A stretch of 64,000 bases of DNA from an uncultured cyanobacterium. GTDB taxonomy: Bacteria > Cyanobacteriota > Cyanobacteriia > Cyanobacteriales > Cyanobacteriaceae. The stretch lies in the NCBI GenBank assembly GCA_963749915.1, contig CAVVOP010000008.1, positions 544,001-608,000 of the forward strand, given 5' to 3'. The notes under the pieces are model-generated. The model saw only the letters and a program-made list of their open reading frames with translations, did not search any database and was not told where the DNA came from. Positions 16,465-27,791 of the stretch are shown here, piece after piece. A program made the translations under genes and the position numbers. The number at the start of each line of letters is the position of its first letter. Positions within the stretch are counted from its first letter, which is position 1.

Positions 16465-18621
16465 TTAAATTGTTTTTACAGAATTACTTGCTATCATCAT
16501 CATAGTTTCATGGGTACTTAATTCTTTCTCTCCTTTTTGGCAAATATGACGGATATAACTACCATCAGATTGTAACTCCCATGATTGTTGATTGTCAGAA
16601 AGCATAATTCCTAAAATTTCTTGTAGTTGTTTAATTAATTTTGGATCTTCGATGGGAGTGACGGCTTCCACTCGGCGAGATAAATTACGCCCCATCCAAT
16701 CCGCACTACCGATATAAATTTCTTCTTCACCGTTGTTATGGAAGTAGAAAATGCGGGAATGTTCCAGAAAACGCCCCACAATGCTAATAACTCGAATATT
16801 ATCACTGACACCTTCAACCCCGGGACGCAAACTACATATCCCTCGCAAAATTAAATCAATTTTTACCCCTGCCTGAGATGCTCGATATAACGCCTGAATA
16901 ACAGGTACATCCACCAAAGAATTCATTTTGGCAACAATTCTCCCACTGTATCCATTTTGAGCATGTTCTGCTTCTCTTTGAATCATGCTTAACATACGGT
17001 CACGCATCGTCACCGGGGCTACTAATAGTTTACGGAAAGCCTTTTGTTTAGAGTAACCTGTCAGGAAATTAAATAAATCCGTTAAATCTGAACCTAAATC
17101 TTCCCGACAACTAATTAAACCAATATCCGTATAAAGTTTAGCGGTTTTTGGGTTGTAATTACCCGTGCCGATGTGAACATAACGGCGAATTTTATCCTTA
17201 TCTTTCCTCACCACTAAAGTAATTTTAGTATGGGTCTTCAAGCCGACAATACCATAAACTACATGAACTCCGGCTTTCTCTAATTTTCTCGCCCAAAGAA
17301 TGTTATTTTCCTCATCAAAACGTGCTTTCAATTCCACTAAAGCAACAACTTGTTTGCCATTTTCCGCCGCTTCAATCAAAGCTTTAATAATCGGGGAATC
17401 CCCAGAAGTGCGATAAAGAGTCATTTTAATCGCCATCACATTGGGATCATGAGCAGCTTGGGTGATAAACTGTTGTACAGTTGCAGTGAAAGAATGGTAA
17501 GGATGATGTACCATTAAATCCGACTTGCGAATCATGGCAAAAAATTCTTCACTAACGGTATTCTCCTCTTCATTTTCTTTCGCCATTTCCAATTGCTGAA
17601 ATCGATCAAAAGGCGGAGGTATAACCCCATTCCAAGGCATATCTTTCAATTCTGGCAAAGGTAAACCAGCTAAAGCAAATAAGTCATTTAAGCCTAATAA
17701 ACCATCAATTTTATAAACATCCATCTCCTCTAAATTCAACCCCTGCATTAACATTTGTTTCACGTTCTCCGGCATGGAAGCATGAATTTCTAAACGTACC
17801 GCAGAACCGGCAAAACGACGTCTTCGTAATTCCTGTTGTATTGCTAATAATAAATCGTCTGCTTCGTCTTCTTGTACTTCTAAATCGGCATTACGGGTTA
17901 AACGAAAATTATGACATTCTTGCACATTCATGCCTGGGAATAAGGCGGATAAGTGGTGTGCAATGACCTGTTCAAGGGGTACACCAACCCATAAAGGATT
18001 CTCGTTTTGATGACTGACGTGGCGTAATTCAGGCGGAAAAGTAACAAAACGGGGAAGAGTTTTTGGTACTTTAACCCTAGCAAACAACTCCGCCCCTGTA
18101 TCGGGATTTTTGACTAAGATAGCTAAATTTAGACTTAAATTAGACATATGGGGAAAAGGGTGACTGGGATCAACTGCTAGGGGAGTTAGTACGGGAAATA
18201 TGTTATTGTCAAAATATTGATGTAAATAATTTCTTTGTTCTTGGTTTAAATCAACGAAATCAAGTAAATGTATTCCATGACTATTTAATTCTTTTTTGAG
18301 GTTATATTCGAAGTTTTCCACCTGTTGTTTAATTAAAGGACGTAAACGGGTATTAATTTCTTGTATTTGTTGTATAGGAGTTCTCCCATCGGGAGTTAAT
18401 TTAGTAACTTCCGCTTCTATTTGTCGTTTTAAAGCGGCTACTCTCACCATAAAAAACTCATCAAGATTAGAACTAAAAATAGCGGTAAATTTTAGTCTTT
18501 CTAATAATAATGTTCTCTCGTTTAAGGCTTCTTGTAATACTCTATAGTTAAACTCCAACCAACTTAATTCTCGATTGAAGTAGTATTGAGGATTTTCAAG
18601 ATTAATATTCTGATCTTTCAT
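16465..18621 (-). CDS. ppk1: Polyphosphate kinase 1
   Basis: NRELSWLEFN, SNLDEFFMVRVA, ELKARFDEENN, GRFLEHSR. Confidence 0.97.
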   Translation of the reverse strand: MKDQNINLENPQYYFNRELSWLEFNYRVLQEALNERTLLLERLKFTAIFSSNLDEFFMVRVAALKRQIEAEVTKLTPDGRTPIQQIQEINTRLRPLIKQQVENFEYNLKKELNSHGIHLLDFVDLNQEQRNYLHQYFDNNIFPVLTPLAVDPSHPFPHMSNLSLNLAILVKNPDTGAELFARVKVPKTLPRFVTFPPELRHVSHQNENPLWVGVPLEQVIAHHLSALFPGMNVQECHNFRLTRNADLEVQEDEADDLLLAIQQELRRRRFAGSAVRLEIHASMPENVKQMLMQGLNLEEMDVYKIDGLLGLNDLFALAGLPLPELKDMPWNGVIPPPFDRFQQLEMAKENEEENTVSEEFFAMIRKSDLMVHHPYHSFTATVQQFITQAAHDPNVMAIKMTLYRTSGDSPIIKALIEAAENGKQVVALVELKARFDEENNILWARKLEKAGVHVVYGIVGLKTHTKITLVVRKDKDKIRRYVHIGTGNYNPKTAKLYTDIGLISCREDLGSDLTDLFNFLTGYSKQKAFRKLLVAPVTMRDRMLSMIQREAEHAQNGYSGRIVAKMNSLVDVPVIQALYRASQAGVKIDLILRGICSLRPGVEGVSDNIRVISIVGRFLEHSRIFYFHNNGEEEIYIGSADWMGRNLSRRVEAVTPIEDPKLIKQLQEILGIMLSDNQQSWELQSDGSYIRHICQKGEKELSTHETMMMIASNSVKTI

Positions 18622-18730
18622 ATAACTCTTAATGTAAAGTAAATGGAATATTTAAAGTTTGTAGTTAAGGGTTTACCCTTCATTGTGAGACAAATTATTC
18701 AATATTTCGAACCTATGAAAAGTCACCCTA

Positions 18731-20455
18731 TCAATTTTTCCGCCATTGTGCAATATTCCATGTTCTCGAATCCCAAGGAGTTAAACTCACACCCTGTAAA
18801 TTGTTGCTAACGCCGACTACATCGGCACGATGAATTATAGGTATCACCGTTGCTTGGGTGACTAGCATATCATTCAATTGTTTAAAAATTATCGCCCTTT
18901 TTTCAGGATTTAATTCGGTAATTACTGTTTGTAAAAGTTGATCATATTCAGGGTTACAGTAACGGGAATAGTTATCTCCCGACCAATTATTGCTTTTTTG
19001 GGGTATATTATCGCAAGTATAAACTTTAAAATAAGGCGTTGGATCTGGGTTATTATTACCAGTAGTGAACATTTGAGCATCAGCATAAAAATGCTCTACA
19101 GTGTCATTATTGCTAGGATCACTAGAAAAGAAAACACTGGCATCAATACTTTTTAATTCTACTTCCATGCCTAAAGATTGCCAACTTTGTTTAATAATTT
19201 CTTGGGTTTTTTGCCGTAGAGGATTAACAGTTGTTTGAAATAGGACTTTCATCTCTACGCCGTCTTTATCTCTAATACCGTTACCGTTGCTGTCTTTCCA
19301 TCCTGCTTCCTCTAATAATTGCTCTGCTTTTTGGAGGTTAAATTCAGATACTATGTTACTAGAAACAAATTCAGGAGGTGCTAATAAAAAGTTAGAAGTC
19401 GCTTTTCCTGTTACACCATATAATTGATTAGCGATGGTCTCTTTATCAATAGCTAAAGCAAGGGCTTGTCTAACTTTCACGTCACGGAGGAAAGGATGGG
19501 GAAATTTGAGACTGGATCTTTCACCTTCCCCAGTTTCTCGGTTAGGATCAGTATAGTTCAACAAAATACGTTCTCCTTGAGAACCAAAATTAGTAATTAA
19601 TTTACCCTTATTTGCCTTCGCTAATTCTTCTAGAATATTCGACTCAACTTGTAGATTGTAAGCAAAATCCGCATCTCCCGTTTGTAAAACTGCCCTAGCG
19701 GCGGAAGTAGCATCTCCTCCTCCTTTAATTTCAATGCGCTCAAAATTCTGATTTTCTGGTTGTCGATAATAAGGATTGGGTTGATAAATTACGGAATCTC
19801 CGGGTTTAAATTGTGATACCGAATAAGCCCCAGTGCCTACAGGAATGAGGTTAAAAGGTGCTTCCCTGGCATTTTCACCATTATATTGGGCGTATAAATG
19901 TTGGGGTAAAATCATCCCCGCACTACCGACAAAAACGGAATACCATGCAGGAGTAATTTCTTTAAAAGTGATTTTAACAGTATATTCGTCTAAGGCTTTC
20001 ACACTTTTAACAACCGCATAATCAGCACTGTTAACACTGCCAACCTGAGGATTCGTCACAAATTCGTAGGTAAACACCACGTCATCGGCGGTGAATTTTT
20101 CTCCATCTGACCATTTGACATCTTGACGTAACTTCCAAGTAACTGAAAGTCCGTCTTTGGCAACTCCGCCGTTTTCCTCCGTGGGGATTTCTTGTGCTAA
20201 CACGGGAATTAATTTTCCTTCAGGGTTAAAAGTCCCTAAAGGTTCAAGGGTTATTCTACTAGCTTCCGAGTCTTTAAATCCAGTGGAGAGATGAGGATTC
20301 AGCATAGTAGGTGCTTGCCAATAAATCATTTTTAACACTTGGTTATGGTTGGCGGTGTCGCTTTGAGTTGGGGATGAAGAATTACAACCAACAACTGTTA
20401 AGCCACTGATTACGGCGATGATTAAATTCACCCCAGATTGTCTAAATTTCCTCAT
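18731..20455 (-). CDS. Peptide ABC transporter substrate-binding lipoprotein (SBP family 5)
   Basis: Lipobox VVGC, KWSDG.KFTADDVVFT, VRQALALAIDK. Confidence 0.9.
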   Translation of the reverse strand: MRKFRQSGVNLIIAVISGLTVVGCNSSSPTQSDTANHNQVLKMIYWQAPTMLNPHLSTGFKDSEASRITLEPLGTFNPEGKLIPVLAQEIPTEENGGVAKDGLSVTWKLRQDVKWSDGEKFTADDVVFTYEFVTNPQVGSVNSADYAVVKSVKALDEYTVKITFKEITPAWYSVFVGSAGMILPQHLYAQYNGENAREAPFNLIPVGTGAYSVSQFKPGDSVIYQPNPYYRQPENQNFERIEIKGGGDATSAARAVLQTGDADFAYNLQVESNILEELAKANKGKLITNFGSQGERILLNYTDPNRETGEGERSSLKFPHPFLRDVKVRQALALAIDKETIANQLYGVTGKATSNFLLAPPEFVSSNIVSEFNLQKAEQLLEEAGWKDSNGNGIRDKDGVEMKVLFQTTVNPLRQKTQEIIKQSWQSLGMEVELKSIDASVFFSSDPSNNDTVEHFYADAQMFTTGNNNPDPTPYFKVYTCDNIPQKSNNWSGDNYSRYCNPEYDQLLQTVITELNPEKRAIIFKQLNDMLVTQATVIPIIHRADVVGVSNNLQGVSLTPWDSRTWNIAQWRKN

Positions 20456-20612
20456 TTTTATTTTTTTCGATAATTAATTAGCTTGATATTGAGAACAAAT
20501 ACAGGATACATAATCGAGAAATTAGATTTGAGAATATTTAATTTATACTGAATATTGAATACTTTTTCCATAGCTATTTCATTGTTGATTATTCATTGTT
20601 AATACTTTATTC

Positions 20613-21443
20613 ATGAAAAAACTTATCGAAGGTTTGCACCGATTCCAAGCTGGTTATTTTGAAAGTCATCGGGATTTATTTGTAGAATTATCTCACGGAC
20701 AACATCCCCGTATTTTATTTATTACTTGTTCTGATTCTCGCATTGATCCTAATCTGATTACCCAGGCGAATGTGGGCGATTTATTTGTCATTCGTAACGC
20801 TGGTAATATTATACCTCCTTTTGGTGCTACTAATGGCGGTGAAGGTGCGTCCGTTGAATATGCCATCGCAGCTTTAGATATTGAACAGATCATAGTATGC
20901 GGACATTCTCATTGTGGTGCCATGAAAGGCTTATTAAAAATGTCAAAATTAGCGGATAAAATGCCCTTAGTTTATGAATGGTTAAAACAGGCCGAAGCAA
21001 CCCGTCGCTTAATTATAGATAATTATTCCCATGTGCCGGAGGATGATTTATTACAAATTACCGTAGCCGAAAATGTCCTAACCCAGTTAGAAAATTTAAG
21101 TACTTATCCCGTTATACGTAGCCGGTTACATCAGGGCAGATTATCTCTTCATGGTTGGATTTATAGCATAGAATCAGGAGACATTCTAACCTATGATCCC
21201 GTAGTTCATGATTTTGTCAATTTGGAAAGTCGTACGAGTGATTTTGAATATGTTTATAATTTACATCCTAGTTGTTCAGTGTCGAAATCCATTGGCTGCA
21301 AAATTTATGGCATGATGGAAGAAGGAACTGTTACTCCCACGGAAAAAACGACTATACCCAATGTAACCAATACCAACTTACCTCGATCAAATCGTCTATC
21401 GAAAGAACAAGCCGAAAGAATTTATCGTGGTAGTGCAAGTTAG
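20613..21443 (+). CDS. ccaA: Beta-carbonic anhydrase, carboxysomal CcaA/IcfA type
   Basis: CSDSR and HSHCGAM zinc motifs; C-terminal extension ending EQAERIYRGS. Confidence 0.9.
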   Translation: MKKLIEGLHRFQAGYFESHRDLFVELSHGQHPRILFITCSDSRIDPNLITQANVGDLFVIRNAGNIIPPFGATNGGEGASVEYAIAALDIEQIIVCGHSHCGAMKGLLKMSKLADKMPLVYEWLKQAEATRRLIIDNYSHVPEDDLLQITVAENVLTQLENLSTYPVIRSRLHQGRLSLHGWIYSIESGDILTYDPVVHDFVNLESRTSDFEYVYNLHPSCSVSKSIGCKIYGMMEEGTVTPTEKTTIPNVTNTNLPRSNRLSKEQAERIYRGSAS

Positions 21444-21497
21444 TAATTGTAGCAATAAACAATGAACAATTAACAACTATCAACTCATTGTCAATTG

Positions 21498-22586
21498 TCA
21501 ATAAGAAAAGACTTCCCTCAATAAATCACTACTAATTTGATCTGTAATCTTCACTGTGCCAATGGTTTCAGGTAAAATAAAACGAACCTTACCAGCCTTA
21601 ACCTTTTTATCCGTTTGTAAGTTAGAGATAATTTCCTCTAAATCGAGATAGTCAGGTATTTTAGTCGGTAATCCGGCTTTTTCAAGCAATTTTTGCTGCC
21701 TTTTGGCCTCCTTTTCCTGCCAAAGATTAATTTTTAAAGCAATTTTACCCGCCGCCACCATACCAATAGCCACCGCTTCCCCATGGACAAAAGTTTCATA
21801 ATGGGTCAAACTTTCAATAACATGACCGATGGTATGACCATAATTGAGAATAGCTCTTAATCCTGCCTCTTTTTCATCTTGACAGACAACATCAGCTTTG
21901 GCTTGACAGGAACGTATTAAGATTTCGTTTAATAGCAACTCTGATAAATTATTCAAGGTATGAAGGTTATTTTCGTTTTCTAGGCGTTCAAAAAGAGTTT
22001 TGTCCCAAATTACACCATATTTAATAACTTCCGCCATACCAGCCCTAAACTCTCGGTTCGGCAATGTTTTTAAAACACTAGAGTCAATTAAAACTAATTT
22101 TGGTTGATAAAAAGCGCCAATTAAATTCTTACCTTGGGGATGGTTAATTCCCGTTTTTCCGCCAACAGAAGCATCAACCATGGCTAATAAGGAAGTAGGA
22201 ATTTGGATAAAGTTGATTCCCCGTAACCACGTAGCGGCAGCGAATCCCGTCATGTCACCAACAACTCCCCCTCCCAAGGCTACCATGGTTGAATTGCGTT
22301 CAAGACGATACTTAAGGGCACTATCATAAATGTGAGAAATAAACTCAAGGGTTTTATAATTTTCTCCGGCGGGGATGAGATGATAATTGACGGTAAAACC
22401 TGCATCTTCTAGGGATTTAATCGTGGTTTTACCATAATAATCGAAAATTTCGGGGTTGGAAACCACCAATATTTTTTTCCCGATGTTCAATTTTTGTGCT
22501 TTTTCGCCAATGGTTGATAAGCCATTATCGGTGACATGGATTGAATAAGGGTTATCTGGCAAAAGTACTGATATAATTGATTCCAT
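21498..22586 (-). CDS. aroB: 3-dehydroquinate synthase
   Basis: [37 protein letters not shown]. Confidence 0.97.
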   Translation of the reverse strand: MESIISVLLPDNPYSIHVTDNGLSTIGEKAQKLNIGKKILVVSNPEIFDYYGKTTIKSLEDAGFTVNYHLIPAGENYKTLEFISHIYDSALKYRLERNSTMVALGGGVVGDMTGFAAATWLRGINFIQIPTSLLAMVDASVGGKTGINHPQGKNLIGAFYQPKLVLIDSSVLKTLPNREFRAGMAEVIKYGVIWDKTLFERLENENNLHTLNNLSELLLNEILIRSCQAKADVVCQDEKEAGLRAILNYGHTIGHVIESLTHYETFVHGEAVAIGMVAAGKIALKINLWQEKEAKRQQKLLEKAGLPTKIPDYLDLEEIISNLQTDKKVKAGKVRFILPETIGTVKITDQISSDLLREVFSY

Positions 22587-22646
22587 AGCTAATGACTTGA
22601 GAATGAGAAAGACAAGGAAGACAGCTGGACAAGTAGACCTTGTTCA

Positions 22647-23615
22647 CTAACTACGATCGACTTGTGCTAGAATGGCCCCTAGAATTTCCCCTGCACCTTG
22701 TTGTTTAAGTTTTTCTGCCAATTGTGCACCAATTTGCTCGGCATTAGTGCGATCGCCGATTACACTATCTTTAAGTAACTGTTTCCCGTCAAGACTTGCC
22801 ACCATCCCCGTCAAAGTGAGGTTCTTATCGCCACTAATACTACTATTAACACCAATGGGCACTTGACAACCACCTTCTAACACTCGTAAAAAAGAGCGCT
22901 CGGCAATGGTACAATCTCTTGTGTTAGAATGCTCAAGGGCCTTGATAATTTGTAATACGGGATTGTCTGCGATACGGCATTCAATGCCCAAAGCGCCCTG
23001 TCCGACTGCATGAAGGGAAATATCAGCAGGTATTACTTGATGTATGCGATCGCCCATGCTTAACCTTTCTAAGCCAGCCACAGCCAGGACAATCGCATCA
23101 TACTCCCCTGCATCTAACTTACCAAGACGAGTATTAACATTACCGCGCACATCTTTAAAGGTTAAATGGGGGTAATGATGACGTAATTGAGCAAGACGAC
23201 GGAGAGAAGATGTACCAATGACAGCACCTTCAGGAAGAGTATCAAGTTGTTTATCTTTATGTTTTTCGTTAACCACTAAAGCATCGGCGGGGTTAACCCT
23301 TTCGCTGACGCAACCTAACATTAAACCTTCGGGAAGATTTGTGGGTAAATCCTTAAGAGAGTGCACCGCAAAATCTACCTCGTTATTAATCATACCGACC
23401 TCCAACTCTTTGGTAAATAAACCCTTATCACCAATTTTCGCTAGGGCCACATCGAGAATTTTATCCCCTTGAGTACTCATTTTTTCCACCTCAAATTCCA
23501 CATCAGGGAAGCGAGTTTCTAATTCTTTTTTCACCCAATAGGTTTGCACTAATGCCAATTGACTTTTACGAGATCCAATTACTATAGTACGTTCATTATC
23601 AATAGTTACGGTCAT
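22647..23615 (-). CDS. hemC: Hydroxymethylbilane synthase
   Basis: [34 protein letters not shown]. Confidence 0.97.
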   Translation of the reverse strand: MTVTIDNERTIVIGSRKSQLALVQTYWVKKELETRFPDVEFEVEKMSTQGDKILDVALAKIGDKGLFTKELEVGMINNEVDFAVHSLKDLPTNLPEGLMLGCVSERVNPADALVVNEKHKDKQLDTLPEGAVIGTSSLRRLAQLRHHYPHLTFKDVRGNVNTRLGKLDAGEYDAIVLAVAGLERLSMGDRIHQVIPADISLHAVGQGALGIECRIADNPVLQIIKALEHSNTRDCTIAERSFLRVLEGGCQVPIGVNSSISGDKNLTLTGMVASLDGKQLLKDSVIGDRTNAEQIGAQLAEKLKQQGAGEILGAILAQVDRS

Positions 23616-23697
23616 ATAAATATTTTTTATAGAAATTAATTTTTAGCCCCGGATCTAGCTTATCAGAAAAATGCTAGTTATATCATTGTCAATTTGA

Positions 23698-24309
23698 TTA
23701 ACTTTTATAAAATTTACTTGACATAATGACATCTATTTGATGCTGTAAATCAGCTAAATTTTTATTATTATGAATAACAATATCAGCGAGTTTGCTTTTT
23801 TCAGCTAAAGGCATTTGACTATTAATTCGGGAGATAGCCTCATCTTCTGTTAAATTATTACGTTTTTTTAGACGGCTTAATTGAGTAGAAAAATCACAAC
23901 TAACCACCCAAATTTCAGTAACTAAATTAGTCATCTTTGCCTCAAAAAGTAAAGGAATAGATAAAACAATAATGGGATTAGATAATATTTTCATTTGTGA
24001 CTGTAAAGAATCGGCAACGAAGGGATGTATTTGTTTCTCTAACCAAGCCTTTTCTTTTTGACTGTGAAAAATAATATTGCCTAACTTTTCTCGGTTTAAA
24101 TTTCCATCATCTAATAAGATATTTTGCCCATAACGGTTAACAATGTTGTGAAAAATAGGAGAGTTAATAGTTACCGCTTCTCTAGCGATTAAATCTGCAT
24201 CCAATACGGATATTAAATATTTTTTTGCTAAATAGTCAGATACTGTTGATTTTCCTGTAGCAATTCCCCCAGTTAAACCAATAATAATTTGCGCTTTGTT
24301 CCTCATCAT
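23698..24309 (-). CDS. coaE: Dephospho-CoA kinase
   Basis: IGLTGGIATGKSTVS, DADLIAR, IPLLFE. Confidence 0.95.
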   Translation of the reverse strand: MMRNKAQIIIGLTGGIATGKSTVSDYLAKKYLISVLDADLIAREAVTINSPIFHNIVNRYGQNILLDDGNLNREKLGNIIFHSQKEKAWLEKQIHPFVADSLQSQMKILSNPIIVLSIPLLFEAKMTNLVTEIWVVSCDFSTQLSRLKKRNNLTEDEAISRINSQMPLAEKSKLADIVIHNNKNLADLQHQIDVIMSSKFYKS

Positions 24310-24369
24310 TATTACCAAAGTGTAGCGAGGGTTCGGCAAAATCAATTAAGATTTATTACCAAAAACAGA

Positions 24370-24657
24370 TTATAAATATCCCGAAAAACAATTAATCAAA
24401 TCCTCTTGAGTGACCAAATATAATGCTCTTCGAATGCCTTTTTCTCATTTTTCTGAATAAATAGATGATAAATTCATAACTAATTCTTTATCCTCCGGTG
24501 TTAAAATATTTCCTTATTTTTGATTTTATTCTAACATGGCTAATAAATTACAGACTCGTTCCATTACATTGTCTCAATGGGATAAATCTGATGGGAAATT
24601 ATTTAACTGATCAATGACTTTTCTTCCCACGGTCCCTCTCCCAAAATTCTTGATCAT
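24370..24657 (-). pseudogene. Decayed fragment of a cyanobacterial hypothetical-protein family
   Basis: A single frame with four internal stops: ...NLLAMLE*NQK*GNILTPEDKELVMNLSSIYSEK*... It resembles the widespread EDxELxMxLSxxY family. Confidence 0.45.
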
Positions 24658-24684
24658 AACGTTTTATGAACTACCTTTTTATTT

Positions 24685-27639
24685 ATGAAAGTTTTAATTG
24701 CTGAATTTGACTTATTCTCTAAAATTGGCGGAGGGCAAACATTTTATCGCCGTGTTATCGAAACAAACGCTCATATGGAATTTTACTATCTAATAGTTCA
24801 GGAAAAAGTTAATAATCCTCGTCCAAAAAATGCCCAAGTTCTACCTTATAAGCAACAATATCTTAAATCAGATTTGAAGGGTTTATCAACTACTTTACCT
24901 TTGGAAAAAATTTATCGTCCTTTTTTGATGGCTAGCAACATTAGCTATTCGGTAAAAGATAATAATTTTGACATAATCGATTATCCAGATTATGAACAAT
25001 ATGGGCTTTTTTTTCCCCCCGCTTTAAGTTATCATCAAGTAAAATTTAGCAAAATAGTTATTTCTTTACATGGAATAGTTTCCCAAAGTTTAAGTCATGA
25101 TTGGGTGATCGACGGGGAGTATATCGATAACTTAAAATTTGCCGAAAATTTACAATACAAAATCGCTGATATTCGTTACGGTATTAGTAAAGACTATCTG
25201 GAATGGTGGCAAAAAATTAGTTATCTTCCTAATTATTATTTTCATCCTTTGCATTTTCTCGATTTAACTCCGAAATTAAATTATCAACCATCAAATACAA
25301 AACCAAGTTTAAACTTTATTGGTAGAAAAGAAAAAGGAAAAGGAGTCGATATTTTTGTTAATTTAGTCAGTTTTTTGCCGAAAAATCTCTATAGTCAAGC
25401 TAATATTATTGGCGGTAACCCCAAAACCTTAGACGGGAAAACGGGGGAATTTTATTTACAACAAATGTTAGCCTTACGTCTTGGTTCAATAAATATATTA
25501 CCTGTTGTGAGTCGCTACGTATTACAAAAAAACTTTACCCTCAATTCCTTAACAGTGTTACCTTCTCGATTTGACACTTTAAATTTAGTTGCTTTAGAGT
25601 CTTTATTGACGGGTTGTCCTACTATTATTGGTAAAAATGCCGGAGTTTGTCGTTTTTTAGAAGATAATTTTCCTGGGATACCTTTCATTAAATTAGATAT
25701 AGACAACTTTTATTCTTCCTTGCCTGAAATTATCGAAGTTTTAAGCAATTATCATGACTATCGTCTTAATTTGCAGAAAAAAATTACTTCCTTTTCTTCT
25801 CAATTTAATCGAGAAGAATTTACCTTAATTGATATTTATAAACAACCTAGTAATTTTGAGGAAGAAATAAGAGACAAATCCTCTCAATGGTATGGAGAAT
25901 TAATCAATTATTGTCAAGGAAAACAGTATTGGGGTAAACCGCAACTTATCGAAATAATGAAAATAATAGCTAACCCTATAGTTAATCAAACAAAAACTCA
26001 AGTAGAGAAGATAGAAGTAAAAATTAGTCAGCAGAAAAATACCATCACAAATCAATTAATTAAGAGTGTCTTTTTTTCCTCTGAATGGAAAAGAGTATTT
26101 AGGCTTTCGGAAACTTCAGCCAAAGATATTGATGAGAAAATTAACCAACTCAAAAATTTAAGTCATGCCCTTAAACCATCCCCCATAATAAAAGTTAATA
26201 AACTTAAAACTGGTTATTATATAAACCGCCTAAAAATTTGGCAAGAAATCGCGAGATTAGAAACAATTAGAGGTAATTATTTATTATCTGCTAGCTACGA
26301 TATAAGAATTATTCGTCTTCTTAATAGAGATAAATTTAACCGATTAGAAGCCATAACAAAAACTCTGGTTAATCACAATTTTGAGGAAGAAGCCCATATT
26401 TTAAATTTACTTTATCAACTTCGGGAAAATTCTCCTCAATTATGTTATGAATATCTCTTAAAAAATTATCAAAGTCATCTTAACTATCAAGAAAAACCCT
26501 ACGAATTTATTAAAGATTATCGCCAGAAAAAAAATTATCGAGTTTCAATCATCGTTTCGCTGTATAATGCTCAAAGTAAATTGGGTCGCTTTTTGTCAAT
26601 TTTAGCCCAACAAACAATCTTCCAAAAACAATTTGCCGAAATAATCTTAATCGATAGTGGTTCACCCCAACAAGAATACCAAGTTTTTCAACAACTGTTA
26701 CCGACATTAAACTTACCCATGGTTTACGCCAGAAGCCAAGAAAGGGAAACTATCCAAAGTGCCTGGAATCGAGGAATTTTATTATCCCAATCTTCCTATA
26801 TCACTTTTTTGGGGGTTGACGAAATGATAACCGCTGACGGATTGGAAATTTTAGCGGATAAACTCGACAAAAATAACAGCATAGATTGGGTTGTTGGTCA
26901 TAGTTTGGTGACGGAAGTTGACCAAAAGGGTAACTGGCAAATGGATGTCATGACATATAACCGTCGAAATTTCAGTCAAGATTTGGTTTACCTCGACACT
27001 TGTTACTTAACCTACGTTGGGGGATTATACCGTCGTAACCTTCATTCCCGTTTCGGTTTTTATGATGAGACTTTTCGAGGTGCAGGGGATACGGAATTTA
27101 AAAACAGAGTCTTACCCCATATCCACTGCGAATTAATCGATAACGTCTGGGGGATTTTTTGGAATTATCCTGAGGATCGCACTACTCAAAGCCCACTAGC
27201 TGAAATTGAAGATATAAAAGCATGGTATTTGTATCGCAGTCTTGGGGGAATAAAATACGCTTTTGACAATAAAAACACTTCTAAAGTCGAAAAATTATTG
27301 TTATATTGCCTCAACTATCGTAAAACTTTTTTAAATAGTAATAGTACCGATTTTGATTTAGCCTATCAACTCATTTTGTGGCTAGAGGAAAATTCCCCTC
27401 AATCTCCTTTTTTACAATTTGCTGAGGGAGTGAAAAAAATCCGTGAAAGTTATCAAAAATTAGAGTATCTTGGGGATAAATGTTCTGTTTCATGGCAATT
27501 ATGGCAAACAAAAAAATTGACGCAAACAACCGCCTATCACCACCAAAACATCGCCCAAAATTTAGGTATAAATATCTTTAACCCTAACTACGAAATTTTT
27601 AACGATAACCGCTACCAACAACACTCACTTTTATGGTGA
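24685..27639 (+). CDS. Fused glycosyltransferase (GT4-like plus GT2-like domains)
   Basis: FIGRKEKGKG.D and PSRFDTLNLVALES (GT-B); VSIIVSLYN, ILIDSGS, AWNRGI and FLGVD (GT-A). Confidence 0.85.
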   Translation: MKVLIAEFDLFSKIGGGQTFYRRVIETNAHMEFYYLIVQEKVNNPRPKNAQVLPYKQQYLKSDLKGLSTTLPLEKIYRPFLMASNISYSVKDNNFDIIDYPDYEQYGLFFPPALSYHQVKFSKIVISLHGIVSQSLSHDWVIDGEYIDNLKFAENLQYKIADIRYGISKDYLEWWQKISYLPNYYFHPLHFLDLTPKLNYQPSNTKPSLNFIGRKEKGKGVDIFVNLVSFLPKNLYSQANIIGGNPKTLDGKTGEFYLQQMLALRLGSINILPVVSRYVLQKNFTLNSLTVLPSRFDTLNLVALESLLTGCPTIIGKNAGVCRFLEDNFPGIPFIKLDIDNFYSSLPEIIEVLSNYHDYRLNLQKKITSFSSQFNREEFTLIDIYKQPSNFEEEIRDKSSQWYGELINYCQGKQYWGKPQLIEIMKIIANPIVNQTKTQVEKIEVKISQQKNTITNQLIKSVFFSSEWKRVFRLSETSAKDIDEKINQLKNLSHALKPSPIIKVNKLKTGYYINRLKIWQEIARLETIRGNYLLSASYDIRIIRLLNRDKFNRLEAITKTLVNHNFEEEAHILNLLYQLRENSPQLCYEYLLKNYQSHLNYQEKPYEFIKDYRQKKNYRVSIIVSLYNAQSKLGRFLSILAQQTIFQKQFAEIILIDSGSPQQEYQVFQQLLPTLNLPMVYARSQERETIQSAWNRGILLSQSSYITFLGVDEMITADGLEILADKLDKNNSIDWVVGHSLVTEVDQKGNWQMDVMTYNRRNFSQDLVYLDTCYLTYVGGLYRRNLHSRFGFYDETFRGAGDTEFKNRVLPHIHCELIDNVWGIFWNYPEDRTTQSPLAEIEDIKAWYLYRSLGGIKYAFDNKNTSKVEKLLLYCLNYRKTFLNSNSTDFDLAYQLILWLEENSPQSPFLQFAEGVKKIRESYQKLEYLGDKCSVSWQLWQTKKLTQTTAYHHQNIAQNLGINIFNPNYEIFNDNRYQQHSLLW

Positions 27640-27791
27640 AAAACAATAGTTCTTCCAGTTTGAGTATGATAAATTTTTAATAAAAAAGCGTTTTTAATCT
27701 CTTAGTTAGTTAACCATTCCCTATTCCCTAACATTTTAATTTATTGTGTCATAATTACTCTCCAAGAGCAAAAACAATTAACATTAACTAA

